Source of the DNA: an uncultured Gammaproteobacteria bacterium
GTDB lineage: Bacteria; Pseudomonadota; Gammaproteobacteria; Natronospirales; JAJUFS01
DNA: 55,859 nt
Assembly (NCBI GenBank): GCA_964599565.1
Contig: CAZRFE010000007.1
Location: 1-55,859, forward strand
Direction of reading: 5' to 3'
The position numbers were made by a program, and so were the translations under genes. Under the pieces are notes generated by a model. The model had not been told where the DNA came from and did no database searches. It worked only from the letters and a program-made list of their open reading frames with translations. This document shows positions 9,901-19,584 of this stretch, one piece after another (the first letter of the stretch is position 1; the number at the start of each line of letters is the position of its first letter).

Positions 9901-11109
9901 CTACCTTGCCAGCCGCGGCAGGCCATCCCGCAAACCCATCGCCTGCCGCATGACGGCCTGCTTCACCGGGCCGGTGCGGTCGAACATGCGAAAGCCGAGG
10001 TTGCGCAGGTTCGCGAGCAGCGAGCTGTCATTGCTGAACAGGCGGTTGAATCCTTCCATCGCCCATTCCGTCGCGAGGTTGTCGCCGCGCCGCCAGCGTT
10101 CATAGCGGCGCAGCACCGCGGGCTGGCCGAAATCGCGACCATCGTCGCGCGCCTCCGCCAGCGTTTCGGCAAGTGCGGCAGCATCCAGGAACCCGAGATT
10201 CGCACCCTGCCCTGCAAGCGGATGCACGACGTGCGCGGCATCGCCGATCAGCGCGGCACGTGGCGCGATGTAGGTTTCGGCATGCTGGCGGCGCAGCGGG
10301 AACGTACCGCGCTTGCCGCATTCGGTGACGCGGCCAAGCGCTGCATCACTCGCGACGGTGAGCGCCGTGCAGAATTCCTTGTCGGTGAGCGCCATGAGCC
10401 GCGCCGCTTCCGCATCGTCCGCGGACCACACGATGGAAATGCTGCCATCGGCGAGCGGCAGGAATGCGAGCGGTCCCGTCGGCAGGAACCGCTGCCGCGC
10501 GATCTTCCCGTGCGGCTGCTCGGTGCGGATGACGCACACGATGCCCTGCTGGTTGTAGTTCGCGGAGGTGACGGAAATGCCGAACTGTTCGCGCAACGGC
10601 GAAGCGGCACCGTCGGCCGCGACAAGCAGGCGTGCGCGCAGGCGCTGGTCGTCTTCCAGCAGCGCATCGATGCCGGTCGCATCCGCGGTTGCGCGGACGA
10701 CCGCCGAAGGCGCGAAGATGTCCGCGTCCTCTTCCACGCCGAGCCGCTGCCACAGCGCGGACTGGATCACGCGGTTCTCGACGATATGCCCAAGGCACGG
10801 CTCGCCAAGATCCGCGGAATCGAAATGCACGCTGCCCGCGCCGCCTGCGTCCCATACATGCATCTCGCAGTACGGGCTCACGCGCACGGCCTCGATCGCA
10901 TCCCACGCGCCCAGGTTGCGTAAAAGCCGCTCTGAGGCGCGTGAGAGCGCGGACACGCGCAACTCCATCGCCGCATCGGGCGCAACGGGATGCGGCACAT
11001 GACGCTCCACCAGCGCGATGCGGAATCGCTTGCGCGCAAGCGCAAGCGCGCATACCGCGCCAACCATGCCGCCGCCCGCAACGATCACATCGAATTCATT
11101 CGCTTTCAT
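9901..11109 (-). CDS. ubiI: UbiI/VisC-type FAD-dependent 2-octaprenylphenol hydroxylase
   Basis: GGGMVG, LLVAADGAAS and LIGDAAHVVHPLAGQGANLG. Follows ubiH in the pepP-ubiH-ubiI order. Confidence 0.8.
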   Translation of the reverse strand: MKANEFDVIVAGGGMVGAVCALALARKRFRIALVERHVPHPVAPDAAMELRVSALSRASERLLRNLGAWDAIEAVRVSPYCEMHVWDAGGAGSVHFDSADLGEPCLGHIVENRVIQSALWQRLGVEEDADIFAPSAVVRATADATGIDALLEDDQRLRARLLVAADGAASPLREQFGISVTSANYNQQGIVCVIRTEQPHGKIARQRFLPTGPLAFLPLADGSISIVWSADDAEAARLMALTDKEFCTALTVASDAALGRVTECGKRGTFPLRRQHAETYIAPRAALIGDAAHVVHPLAGQGANLGFLDAAALAETLAEARDDGRDFGQPAVLRRYERWRRGDNLATEWAMEGFNRLFSNDSSLLANLRNLGFRMFDRTGPVKQAVMRQAMGLRDGLPRLAR

Positions 11110-12323
11110 AACCGCAATCCTCGTGCGAGTCGCGGCAGCCTGCCGGCGCGTCCCATCGCGTGCCGCGAGAATTCCCGGCGAAGACCGGGAAACAGATCCA
11201 TGCCAAGCAACCCGAGTCCACGCGCGTGCGCCGCGACGCCGAACGGAATGCCGAACAGCCGGTTCAGGATGTCCGTGAACGCGACCACCTTGCGCTGGTC
11301 CTGCCGGCGCCAGTGCGCGTAGGCATCGAGTGCCGCCTGCGCCCCGGGATCGTCGCGATGTGCGGCAATCACTTCCGCGAGCACCGCCACATCGCGCAGT
11401 GACAGGTTGAATCCCTGCCCGGCGATGGGATGCAGGCTGTGCGCGGCGTTGCCGAGTATCACGGCGCGCTCCGCCGTCTGCTTCGCCGCGGTAACAAGCG
11501 CGAGCGGGTAGCCTGCGCGCGCACCTGCCCGCGTCAGCGCGCCGAGGCGCGTACCGAAACGCTGCTCGACACGCGCGAGGAACGCTGCGTCATCCAGCGC
11601 GAGCACATCGTTCGCGACATCGCTGCGTTCGACGAGCACCAGCGCCATGCGCGTGGCATCGAGCGGCAGCAGCGCCATCGGACCTTCGGGCGTGAAGCGC
11701 TCGTACGCGGTATTGCCGTGCGGCTGCTCGGTCTCGAGATTGCTCACGATTGCCGTCTGGCCGTAATCCCAGTGCCGCGCACCGATGCCGAGCATTTCGC
11801 GCAGCGGCGAACGCGCGCCGTCCGCAATGACAACGAGCCGTGATCTGATCTGGCGGCCTGCGGTTTCAGATTCAAGGACGGCGGTCACGCCGCCTCCTTC
11901 CTGCTGCAAGGCCGTGATGCGCGCCGGTGCGATGAACTCGACGGACGGCGAGCGCTCAATCGCGGACATCAACGCCTGGCCGAGCACGTGGTTGGGGACG
12001 ACATAACCCAGCGCCGGAAGATCCTCCTCCGCCGCGTGCAATCGCGTCACGCCAAGGCGGCGCTGCTGCGAGACGTGCACATGCGCGATGGGATTCGCGG
12101 CGGGCGCGATCGCGGACCAGGTATCGATCGCTTCAAGAATGCGGCGGCTCGTGTACGCAAGCGCCGTGGAGCGGTCGTCGAAACTCGGTTGCACATCTGC
12201 GCGCGGCGACACCGCTTCAACGACCGTGACGCGCAGTCCCGTGCCGTTCAACGCAACGGCGAGCGCGCTGCCGACCATGCCGCCGCCGGCGATGAGAATG
12301 TCGGTGTCCGTTGCCGTCGTCAT
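11106..12323 (-). CDS. ubiH: 2-octaprenyl-6-methoxyphenyl hydroxylase
   Basis: PSFDDRSTAL, AYERFT and GNAAHSLHPIAGQGFNLSLRD. Confidence 0.92.
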   Translation of the reverse strand: MTTATDTDILIAGGGMVGSALAVALNGTGLRVTVVEAVSPRADVQPSFDDRSTALAYTSRRILEAIDTWSAIAPAANPIAHVHVSQQRRLGVTRLHAAEEDLPALGYVVPNHVLGQALMSAIERSPSVEFIAPARITALQQEGGGVTAVLESETAGRQIRSRLVVIADGARSPLREMLGIGARHWDYGQTAIVSNLETEQPHGNTAYERFTPEGPMALLPLDATRMALVLVERSDVANDVLALDDAAFLARVEQRFGTRLGALTRAGARAGYPLALVTAAKQTAERAVILGNAAHSLHPIAGQGFNLSLRDVAVLAEVIAAHRDDPGAQAALDAYAHWRRQDQRKVVAFTDILNRLFGIPFGVAAHARGLGLLGMDLFPGLRREFSRHAMGRAGRLPRLARGLRL

Positions 12324-13624
12324 GCGCGCGCCGCCATGAAGGATTCGAGCGCGTCCGCTTCCTTCACGAGACCTTCGCTCAGTATCTCGGGCGCGCCTTT
12401 CGTCACCAGCACGTCATCCTCGATGCGTATGCCGATGTTCCACCATTTTTTCGCGACACCTTTCGTGCCCGCGGCGATGTAGATGCCGGGCTCGACCGTC
12501 ATCACCATGCCGGGTTCGAGTTCGCGCCAGTTGTCGCCGACCTTGTAATCGCCGACATCGTGCACATCCAGGCCGAGCCAGTGCCCGGTCTTGTGCATGT
12601 AGAACGGGCGGTACGCGCCGTCCCTCATGATCTGCGCAACACTGCCTTCAAGAATGCCAAGCCTCACCAGTCCCTGCGTGATGACCTTCACCGCCGCCTC
12701 GTGCGTCTCGTTCCAGTGCGCGCCCGGACGCGCGCGCGCGATGGCGGCGTACTGCGCCTCGAGGACGATCTCGTACAGCGCGCGCTGCTCCGGCGTGAAG
12801 CGACCGTTCACGGGATAGGTACGCGTGACATCGGATGCGTAGTTGCCATATTCGCAACCCGCATCCACGAGCAGCAGGTCGCCGTCCTTCAGCACGCGGT
12901 TGTTTTCGACGTAATGCAGGATGCAGCCGTTCTCGCCGCCACCGACAATGCTCGGATAGGCGGGCACACCGCCATGCCGGCGGAACTCATGCAGCAGCTC
13001 CGCCTCGATCTCCCACTCCATCATCCCCGGCTTCACGGCGCGCATGCCACGCTCGTGTGCGGCAATCGAAATTTTCGCGGCCTCGCGCATGGCCTTCAGT
13101 TCGCCCGCCGACTTGTACAGGCGAAGATCGTGCAGGAACGGATCGAGCGAAACGAACTCGTGTGGCGTGCGCGCCTCGGAGCGAAGCTGCTCGCGCAACC
13201 GCTTCACCCAGCCGATGACGCGACGGTCGAAATCCGGATGCGCGCCCATCGTGTAGTGCACGCGTTCGCGGTTCTCCATGAGCCCCGGAAGAATCTCGTC
13301 GATGTCCTCGATGGGGAACGCGTCGTCCGCGCCGTAGTGTTCCACCGCGCCTTCCTGGCCCGCCCGTCGGCCATGCCAGGTCTCCTTTTCGAGATCGCGT
13401 TCGCGGCAGAACAGGATGTATTCCGCCGCCTTGCGTCCGGGTACGAGCACGGCGACGGACTCGGGTTCGGGGAAGCCGGTGAGGTACCAGAAATCGGAAT
13501 CCTGGCGGAACGGGAAATGCGTGTCGCGGCTGCGGATCTTCTCGGGCGCGGATGCAATGATCGCGATGCCGTCCTCGCCCATCATGCGCATCAGCTGGCG
13601 GCGGCGTGCAGCAAATTCCTTCAC
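12320..13624 (-). CDS. pepP: Xaa-Pro aminopeptidase
   Basis: FRQDSDFWYLTGF, GHWLGLDVHD, TVEPGIY and GIRIEDD. Confidence 0.96.
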   Translation of the reverse strand: MKEFAARRRQLMRMMGEDGIAIIASAPEKIRSRDTHFPFRQDSDFWYLTGFPEPESVAVLVPGRKAAEYILFCRERDLEKETWHGRRAGQEGAVEHYGADDAFPIEDIDEILPGLMENRERVHYTMGAHPDFDRRVIGWVKRLREQLRSEARTPHEFVSLDPFLHDLRLYKSAGELKAMREAAKISIAAHERGMRAVKPGMMEWEIEAELLHEFRRHGGVPAYPSIVGGGENGCILHYVENNRVLKDGDLLLVDAGCEYGNYASDVTRTYPVNGRFTPEQRALYEIVLEAQYAAIARARPGAHWNETHEAAVKVITQGLVRLGILEGSVAQIMRDGAYRPFYMHKTGHWLGLDVHDVGDYKVGDNWRELEPGMVMTVEPGIYIAAGTKGVAKKWWNIGIRIEDDVLVTKGAPEILSEGLVKEADALESFMAARA

Positions 13625-13636
13625 GGTCTTCTCGCT

Positions 13637-14236
13637 TCAGTGCAGGCCGGGCGGTGCACGGAACGGCACGCCGCGCCCTGCGTTGAGTTCATCGTGCACG
13701 AGCTGCGTGCCGACGCGCAGGTATTCGGAAAGCTCCATGAAGGCTTCCTCGTCTTCCTCCGCGTTCTCGCCGAGCGCGAGGCCGCCACGGCCGATGTCCG
13801 CGAAATCGCGCAGCACTTCGGCGACGTCGGGCGGCAGCTTGTCGAAGCTCGCCACTTCGGCAAGACCGAGTCCGTACATGAAACCGTCGCACCAGCCGGA
13901 CATCGCCTCGACGCGATCGGCGAGCGCCGCACCCGACTCGGGCAAGAGTGGTTCGAAGGAAAATTCATCGCCGGCCAGCGCATCGTGCGTTCCGTTCCAG
14001 AGACGTTCCAGCAGGCGGCGGCATTCGATCACGGAGGCATTGGAGGGATCGGCATCTTCAAGCGTCTGCGCGAGCCACTGCTGCTTGAGCCCCGCCTTGC
14101 CGGCGGCGATCAGTGCGCACAACGTGCCGTGGCTTTCCGCGGCATCGACGAGCACGTTCGCCCGGCGCAATGCGTCTTCGGTTTCCTGGAAAGTGGGAAG
14201 GGTCACGAAGGGATCCGGAAGATTTGCCTGTCCCAT
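13637..14236 (-). CDS. UPF0149 (YgfB) family protein
   Basis: AESHGTLCA, WCDGFMYGLG and ELSEYLRVG. Conserved position before pepP. Confidence 0.88.
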   Translation of the reverse strand: MGQANLPDPFVTLPTFQETEDALRRANVLVDAAESHGTLCALIAAGKAGLKQQWLAQTLEDADPSNASVIECRRLLERLWNGTHDALAGDEFSFEPLLPESGAALADRVEAMSGWCDGFMYGLGLAEVASFDKLPPDVAEVLRDFADIGRGGLALGENAEEDEEAFMELSEYLRVGTQLVHDELNAGRGVPFRAPPGLH

Positions 14237-14283
14237 CCTAACATTGCGTGCAATCGTGTCCCAAGCGCGACAACGTGCGTCGA

Positions 14284-14312
14284 TTGAACTTCCCCGGAAC
14301 GGGCTCTATAGT
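14284..14312 (+). promoter_or_regulatory. Sigma70 promoter, probably giving a leaderless mRNA
   Basis: TTGAAC, 17 nt, TATAGT. ATG 14320 lies 7 nt downstream and has no SD. Confidence 0.6.
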
Positions 14313-14319
14313 TCGCCGC

Positions 14320-14544
14320 ATGCCGAACGAACCCGCATTCAGACAGGAACTCAAGCGCCTCGAGGAACGTCTTCGGGAAGTGCTCGACCTGTGCGGACGC
14401 CTGCAGGAAGAGAACCGCTCCCTGCGCGACAGCCAGGAGCAACTGGTCGCCGAGAAGGCGAACCTGGTCCAGCGCAACGAACAGGTGAAGACGCGCGTGG
14501 AGAACATAATCACGCGCCTTCGCTCGCTGGAGCAGAGCCAGTGA
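14320..14544 (+). CDS. ZapB-like coiled-coil protein (TIGR02449-like)
   Basis: Heptad pattern and RVENIITRLRSLEQ. Directly precedes zapA. Confidence 0.85.
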   Translation: MPNEPAFRQELKRLEERLREVLDLCGRLQEENRSLRDSQEQLVAEKANLVQRNEQVKTRVENIITRLRSLEQSQ

Positions 14545-14852
14545 GCGCACTGACCTCGGTCACGGTAAGAATCCTCGAGAAGGAATACCAGGTCGCCTGC
14601 CCGGAAGAAGAACGCACCGCGCTGCTCGAATCCGCCGACATGCTCAATCGCCGCATGAAGGAAATCCGCGACAGCGGCAAGGTCGTGGGACTTGATCGGA
14701 TGGCGGTGATGGTCGCGCTCAATCTTGCAAACGAACTGCTGCAGCTGCGCGAATCGTTCGCGGAGATCGACAATGAAGTCGGCGAACGCGCGCGCGAGAT
14801 GCGGCAGCGCATGGACGCCATCCTTGGCGCAGTGCGCCAGTTCGAGTTCTAG
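14541..14852 (+). CDS. zapA: Cell division protein ZapA
   Basis: GTG overlaps the previous stop. VTVRILEKEYQVACP and DRMAVMVALN motifs. It is the C-terminal part of the 13416..14852 ORF. Confidence 0.92.
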   Translation: MSALTSVTVRILEKEYQVACPEEERTALLESADMLNRRMKEIRDSGKVVGLDRMAVMVALNLANELLQLRESFAEIDNEVGERAREMRQRMDAILGAVRQFEF

Positions 14853-14891
14853 AATTTCCGCATCCGCTCTTTTCGTGCCCCCCGTTCGAGG

Positions 14892-14900
14892 TGATATCAT
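14892..14900 (+). promoter_or_regulatory. Extended -10 element upstream of 6S RNA
   Basis: TG-a-TATCAT about 40 nt before the predicted mature 5' end. Confidence 0.5.
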
Positions 14901-14938
14901 TTTTCCGTACGGTCGATCGCGACCGACAGCGTTAGCGG

Positions 14939-15120
14939 CATCTCCTGCGGTGTTCGAAACAGGCTGGGGTACCTTAGAGCCTAATCAAATCCCCCGGAGC
15001 TCACACCGGGACAGCGGTGCGCAAGTCCACCTTCGAGTGGAAAGCCTGAAGCGACCCGGCCAGCTCCACCTGAACCAAAGGTTCTAGGGCGATAGTCTGT
15101 TACGGCACATGCGGGAGATG
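14939..15120 (+). ncRNA. ssrS: 6S RNA
   Basis: About 182 nt between zapA and fau, the canonical position. Terminal complementarity CATCTCCTGC/GCGGGAGATG, plus conserved-looking GGTGTTCG and TGAACC...GGTTC segments. Confidence 0.88.
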
Positions 15121-15129
15121 TCTCTTCAT

Positions 15130-15726
15130 ATGAACGAGACGAACGATCACGCCGAACGCAAGCGCATCCGCCGTCTCATGCGCGAACGCAGGCGCAACCT
15201 GAACGCCGGCGAAAGACGTATCGCCGCCGAACACCTCCGCAACCGCCTGCTCGCACTTCCCCGCTTCCGCCATGCCCGCAGCATCGCTGCCTATCTTGCC
15301 GTCGGCGGCGAGATGTCGTTGCATCCTGTCATCGAAACCGCGTGGTCGCTGAACATCCCGGTCTATCTTCCCTGCCTGCGCGGACTGCGCATGGAGTTCC
15401 GGCGCTATGAATCCGGAACCCGCCTGCAGGCAAACCGGTTCGGCATCCCCGAACCCCAACCCATGCGTGATGCCGCCATCCGCCCGCGCTTTCTCGATAT
15501 CGTCTTCGCGCCGCTCGTCGCATTCGATTCGCGGGGCGGGCGCCTCGGAACCGGCGGCGGATACTATGACCGCACGTTCGAATTCCTGCGCGAACGGAAA
15601 CACTGGAAGCGTCCCGCGCTGATCGGCGTCGCCTACGAGTTCCAGCATGTCCCGGCGCTGCCTCTGGCGGCGTGGGACATTCCCATGAGTGCCGTCGTGA
15701 CGGATGCCGCCACGCGCACGTTCTGA
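15130..15726 (+). CDS. fau: 5-formyltetrahydrofolate cyclo-ligase
   Basis: NRFGIPEP and PLVAFD...RLGTGGGYYDR. Confidence 0.93.
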   Translation: MNETNDHAERKRIRRLMRERRRNLNAGERRIAAEHLRNRLLALPRFRHARSIAAYLAVGGEMSLHPVIETAWSLNIPVYLPCLRGLRMEFRRYESGTRLQANRFGIPEPQPMRDAAIRPRFLDIVFAPLVAFDSRGGRLGTGGGYYDRTFEFLRERKHWKRPALIGVAYEFQHVPALPLAAWDIPMSAVVTDAATRTF

Positions 15727-15748
15727 GTCCGGCACGGAGACGAGTTCC

Positions 15749-16213
15749 ATGCAGTACTGGCTGATGAAGTCCGAACCCGATGTATTCAGCATCGACGATC
15801 TCAAGGCGCGCGGTGCGAAAGGCGCGCACTGGGATGGTGTCCGCAACTACCAGGCCCGCAACTTCATGCGCGACATGAACAAGGGCGACGAGGTGCTCTT
15901 CTATCACTCGAACTGCGCGGAGCCAGGCGTTGTCGGCGTGATGAAGGTGATCCGTGAAGCCTACCCCGACCACACGGCATTCGATCCCGAGGATCCGCAC
16001 TTCGATCCGAAGAGTGATCCGGACAGGCCGCGCTGGCATATGGTGGATGTCAGATACGTTCGCCGCTTCGGGCGCACGCTCGGACTCGCGGAGATGCGCG
16101 ACATTCGCGCGCTCGCGGACATGCTCGTGCTCCGTCGCGGCAACCGGCTGTCAGTCACACCGGTAACCGCGAAGGAGTGGACTGCAATCCTTCGCGCTGC
16201 GGATTCGAACTGA
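15749..16213 (+). CDS. EVE domain protein
   Basis: YWLMKSEP, WDGVRNYQARN and RLSVTPV. GGAG RBS. Confidence 0.93.
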   Translation: MQYWLMKSEPDVFSIDDLKARGAKGAHWDGVRNYQARNFMRDMNKGDEVLFYHSNCAEPGVVGVMKVIREAYPDHTAFDPEDPHFDPKSDPDRPRWHMVDVRYVRRFGRTLGLAEMRDIRALADMLVLRRGNRLSVTPVTAKEWTAILRAADSN

Positions 16214-16361
16214 TGTCGGCAACGATGCAGCAGGTTCGTGCGCGGACATTCGAACGCGTTTCGATGTCCGCAATCGATTCATGAAATTGACGTTGCTGGA
16301 AATTTGACTTTTCTGATATATACTCAACCCCGAGTGATCGGTCACTTTGGGAGGATCAACA

Positions 16362-16751
16362 ATGGCTGCTAAAAAGAAAGCCGCTGCAAAGAAGAAATCC
16401 ACCGCGAAGAAAAAGCGTGTGGTTCGCAAGAAAGCCGGAGCGAAGAAGACCGCTGCCAAGAAGAAGGGCACGGTGCGCCGGAAGAAGGTCGGAGCCAAGC
16501 GCAAGAAGGCTGGCGCCAAGAAGAAGAAAGCCGGTGCCAAGCGCAAGAAGGCCGGCGCCAAGAAGAAGGCCGGTGCCAAGCGCAAGAAGGCTGGCGCCAA
16601 GAAGAAGAAAGCCGGTGCCAAGAAGAAGGCCGGCGCCAAGCGCAAGAAGGCTGGCGGTCGTCGCAAGAAGACGGCTGCTGCTGCTCCTGCTACCGCTGCG
16701 AAGCGGAAGAAGACTGCTTCCCGCCGCAAGAAGACGGCTTCCAAGTCGTAA
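16362..16751 (+). CDS. Histone H1-like Lys/Ala-rich nucleoid protein
   Basis: GGAGG RBS. 129 aa with no Asp or Glu, GAK(R/K)KKA repeats, and its own terminator. Confidence 0.85.
   Translation: MAAKKKAAAKKKSTAKKKRVVRKKAGAKKTAAKKKGTVRRKKVGAKRKKAGAKKKKAGAKRKKAGAKKKAGAKRKKAGAKKKKAGAKKKAGAKRKKAGGRRKKTAAAAPATAAKRKKTASRRKKTASKS
16491..16652 (+). repeat. Eight coding tandem repeats of 21/18 nt (GAKRKKA, GAKKKKA, GAKKKA)
   Basis: Six 21-nt and two 18-nt units read directly from the sequence. Confidence 0.9.
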
Positions 16752-16772
16752 TCTCTGCACGGTGCAGATTGG

Positions 16773-16804
16773 AAAGGCCCGGTATTTACCGGGCCTTTTC
16801 TTTT
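16773..16804 (+). terminator. Intrinsic terminator
   Basis: AAAGGCCCGGTA/TACCGGGCCTTT hairpin plus TCTTTT. Confidence 0.85.
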
Positions 16805-16860
16805 GCCGCCATTCAACGCGAAAATGACTTTCCGCCATCAGCAAGAGGACCTTTCCGCCA

Positions 16861-17520
16861 ATGACCTCCGATGACAAGAAGCGCGCCGCGGCAATCGCGG
16901 CGATCGATCATCTCGATGACGCCCGCATCATCGGGGTCGGTACCGGCTCGACGGTGAATCACTTCATCGACGCACTCACCGGCATTCGCGACCGGATCGA
17001 TGGCGCCGTTTCGAGTTCGGAGGCATCGACTGCACGTTTGAAACAGGCGGGAATCCGCGTGCTGGAGCTGAACAGCACGGGCGATCTTGATGTCTATGTC
17101 GACGGCGCGGATGAAGCGACGCGACACCTTCAGCTCATCAAGGGCGGCGGGGGCGCGCTGACGCGCGAGAAGGTCGTTGCCGAGGCGAGCCGCCGTTTCA
17201 TCTGCATCGCCGACGACAGCAAGCTCGTGGATGTGCTCGGTGAATTTCCCCTGCCCGTCGAAGTGATACCGATGGCGCGCAGCCTGGTGGCGCGCAGGCT
17301 CGTCGCGCTGGGCGGGCGGCCTGAACTCCGCGAAGGATTCATTACCGACAACGGTAACGAGATTCTCGATGTCCATAACCTCAAGATTCTCGAGCCCGCG
17401 AAACTTGAATCGCGCATGAACGACATCCCGGGCGTCGTCACGTGTGGAATCTTCGCGCTGCGTCCGGCGGACGTGCTGCTGCTGGGAGGCAGTGCGGGCG
17501 TGAACGAGATTCGCCGCTAG
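16861..17520 (+). CDS. rpiA: Ribose-5-phosphate isomerase A
   Basis: GVGTGST, YVDGADE and [12 protein letters not shown]. Confidence 0.97.
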   Translation: MTSDDKKRAAAIAAIDHLDDARIIGVGTGSTVNHFIDALTGIRDRIDGAVSSSEASTARLKQAGIRVLELNSTGDLDVYVDGADEATRHLQLIKGGGGALTREKVVAEASRRFICIADDSKLVDVLGEFPLPVEVIPMARSLVARRLVALGGRPELREGFITDNGNEILDVHNLKILEPAKLESRMNDIPGVVTCGIFALRPADVLLLGGSAGVNEIRR

Positions 17521-17699
17521 CGAGACGTCCGCCACTGCCGCATGTAATGTTCAATCACGAACCTGGCGGCAGACGGCATCTCCGCTAATCCATGTTCAAT
17601 GACGATGACCGACTGATCAGTCTCCAAGGTCGCGCTGTCGCGCATCACGACGAATTCCAACGAGCGTTTGAAATCGGATCATCCTGAGACGATGACAGC

Positions 17700-18000
17700 G
17701 CGCGACGTACCGCATCGCGCATGGTCGATCCGATGCTCGCTGCCCGATATCCGCCGCCAGCACCAATGCATCGCGCGCGCACGAAACGGATCCGCAGTTA
17801 ATGCTCAGGCAGCCGGGGCGACGATGCTCGATGCGGTGTGCTGTCGCGAATGGAGACGAACAGCGCGTGATCGGAAATCCGACCAGCAGGGTTTCTCGCA
17901 TGCGGCGAAACCAGGCTGTTGCTCCTGGTATCGGGGAGCAGCGTGCGTATCTGCAGGAGATGCTTCCGCCATCGCTCAACGAGGAAACGTGGCCAGGCTG
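17700..18000 (-). pseudogene. Possible decayed tyrosine-recombinase fragment downstream of tRNA-Gln
   Basis: The minus strand reads ...RWRKHLLQIRTLLP...GRISDHALFVSIR...PEH*LRIRF, resembling HxLRHxF. In another frame it reads LAADIGQ...MRYV, resembling LGH...Y. A stop and a frameshift are required. Confidence 0.3.
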
Positions 18001-18065
18001 ACTGGTCTTTGAACCGACGCGCACGTTGGCGTTGCCGTATCGAAGAACCGGCAATGTGTTTGGCC

Positions 18066-18098
18066 AAAAAAAAAGGCTCCGCTTTCTGCGGAGCCTTT
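18066..18098 (-). terminator. Intrinsic terminator of rplM-rpsI-tRNA-Gln
   Basis: AAAGGCTCCGC/GCGGAGCC hairpin followed by T9 on the minus strand. Confidence 0.88.
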
Positions 18099-18104
18099 CT
18101 TGTT

Positions 18105-18178
18105 TGGCTGGGGGACTAGGATTCGAACCTAGATTGACGGAGTCAGAGTCCGTAGTCCTACCATTAGACGATCCCCCA
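18105..18178 (-). tRNA. tRNA-Gln (anticodon CTG)
   Basis: TGGGGGA...ACGGA-CT-CTG-AC-TCCGT...GGTTCGAATCC...TCCCCCAG-CCA, 74 nt with encoded CCA. Confidence 0.97.
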
Positions 18179-18220
18179 GGAGCATCGCGGAAACCGAGGC
18201 GGGTCTCCGCGAACGTCCGG

Positions 18221-18613
18221 TTAACGCTTGGAGAACTGCGGCTTGCGGCGGGCCTTGTGGAGACCGACCTTCTTGCGCTCGACTTCGCGCGCGTCACGCG
18301 TCACGAATCCAGCCTTGCGCAGCGGCGAACGCAGCGCTTCGTCGTACTCCATCAGGGCGCGGGTGAGACCGTGGCGGATCGCGCCGGCCTGACCGGTGTT
18401 GCCGCCGCCTTCAACGGTGACGACCACATCGAACTTGCCCGCCATATCCGCGAGTTCCAGCGGCTGGCGCACGATCATGCGCGACGTCTCGCGACCGAAG
18501 AATTCGTCCAGCGGACGGCCGTTCACCGTGATGTTGCCCGTACCCGCGCGCAGGAACACGCGTGCCGTGGAGGACTTGCGGCGGCCGGTACCGTAATTCT
18601 GAGTCGTTGCCAT
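18221..18613 (-). CDS. rpsI: 30S ribosomal protein S9
   Basis: [19 protein letters not shown] and C-terminal QFSKR. Confidence 0.98.
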   Translation of the reverse strand: MATTQNYGTGRRKSSTARVFLRAGTGNITVNGRPLDEFFGRETSRMIVRQPLELADMAGKFDVVVTVEGGGNTGQAGAIRHGLTRALMEYDEALRSPLRKAGFVTRDAREVERKKVGLHKARRKPQFSKR

Positions 18614-18652
18614 CTACTTTGTTTCCCGTTCGACAGTTGCCGTCGTCGTTGA

Positions 18653-19081
18653 TCAGATTTCCAGCGCCTGGGGCTGCTGCGCCGTATGAGTATGTTCGGG
18701 GCCCGCGAAGACCTTGAGCTTGCGGAACATCGCACGGCCCAGCGGATTCTTCGGCAGCATGCCCTTCACCGCCAGCTCGATGACCTGCTCCGGGCGCTTC
18801 TCGATCATCTCGCGCAGCGATGCGGACTTCAGGTTGCCGATATAGCCGGTGTGCCAGTGATATGTCTTGTTTTCCATCTTCCTGCCGGTGACGTGGATCT
18901 TCTCCGCGTTCACGACAACGATGTAGTCACCCGTATCGACATGCGGGGTGTATTCCGGCTTGTGCTTGCCGCGCAGGCGCTTGGCGATCTCGGAGGCCAG
19001 GCGGCCCAGGGTCTTGCCGTCGGCGTCGACGACATACCAGTCGCGCTTCACAGATTCCGGCTTTGCAGAAAACGTATTCAT
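18653..19081 (-). CDS. rplM: 50S ribosomal protein L13
   Basis: [21 protein letters not shown] and HTAQQP. Confidence 0.98.
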   Translation of the reverse strand: MNTFSAKPESVKRDWYVVDADGKTLGRLASEIAKRLRGKHKPEYTPHVDTGDYIVVVNAEKIHVTGRKMENKTYHWHTGYIGNLKSASLREMIEKRPEQVIELAVKGMLPKNPLGRAMFRKLKVFAGPEHTHTAQQPQALEI

Positions 19082-19147
19082 TTGGATCCGCTCCAAACAC
19101 TCGATGATTCAAGGCCCGCGAAACGTCCCGTGGGCGAAAGGCGCGCA

Positions 19148-19176
19148 ATATTACGGGAGAAATTCCGGATTTTCAA
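19148..19176 (-). promoter_or_regulatory. Sigma70 promoter of rplM-rpsI with a GC-rich discriminator
   Basis: TTGAAA, 17 nt, TAATAT, then TGCGCGCC on the minus strand. Confidence 0.7.
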
Positions 19177-19263
19177 CAACTTCGGAGACTTGCGACAAAC
19201 GCCGCGCCGGCCGGTGGCCGCCTTCCCGGACCGATTTAAGCCTTGTTCAACAAGGACTTGCCG

Positions 19264-19581
19264 TCATCCGATTTTCAGGCGTTCGACAGGGACACCATCC
19301 CGCAGGTGCGACGTCACGATTTCCTCGACATCTTCCTCGTCGACGTAGGTGTACCAGATGCCTTCCGGGTAGACGACGGCGACCGGACCTTCCTCGCAAC
19401 GATCAAGGCAACCGGACGTGTTGACCCTCACGCCGCCCTTGCCGGCCAGGCCAAGCTCCCTGGCGCGCAGTTTCGCAAAATTCCGCATTGCTTCACTGCC
19501 GCAACGGCCACAGCTTGGCCGGTCCGCGCCCTCGGGACGGATGTTGGTGCAGAAGAAAATGTGGCGCTGGTAGTAGCTCAC
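19264..19581 (-). CDS. Thioredoxin-like [2Fe-2S] ferredoxin
   Basis: HIFFCTN...SC...SGCLDRCEEGPVAVVYPEGIWY. Confidence 0.92.
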   Translation of the reverse strand: MSYYQRHIFFCTNIRPEGADRPSCGRCGSEAMRNFAKLRARELGLAGKGGVRVNTSGCLDRCEEGPVAVVYPEGIWYTYVDEEDVEEIVTSHLRDGVPVERLKIG

Positions 19582-19584
19582 GGC

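Noticed and set aside
13416-14540. Long N-terminal extension on ZapA (478-aa ORF)
   Set aside because: It overlaps pepP, the UPF0149 gene and the zapB-like gene. The real start is GTG 14541.
15749-16213. EVE protein as a modification-dependent defence system
   Set aside because: It is a stand-alone EVE domain with no nuclease fusion, in a housekeeping context after zapA-ssrS-fau.
16151-16877. Repetitive hydrophobic minus-strand ORFs (FFLAPA / LLGAG repeats)
   Set aside because: They are the reverse complement of the Lys-rich repeats. The plus-strand gene has the RBS and terminator.
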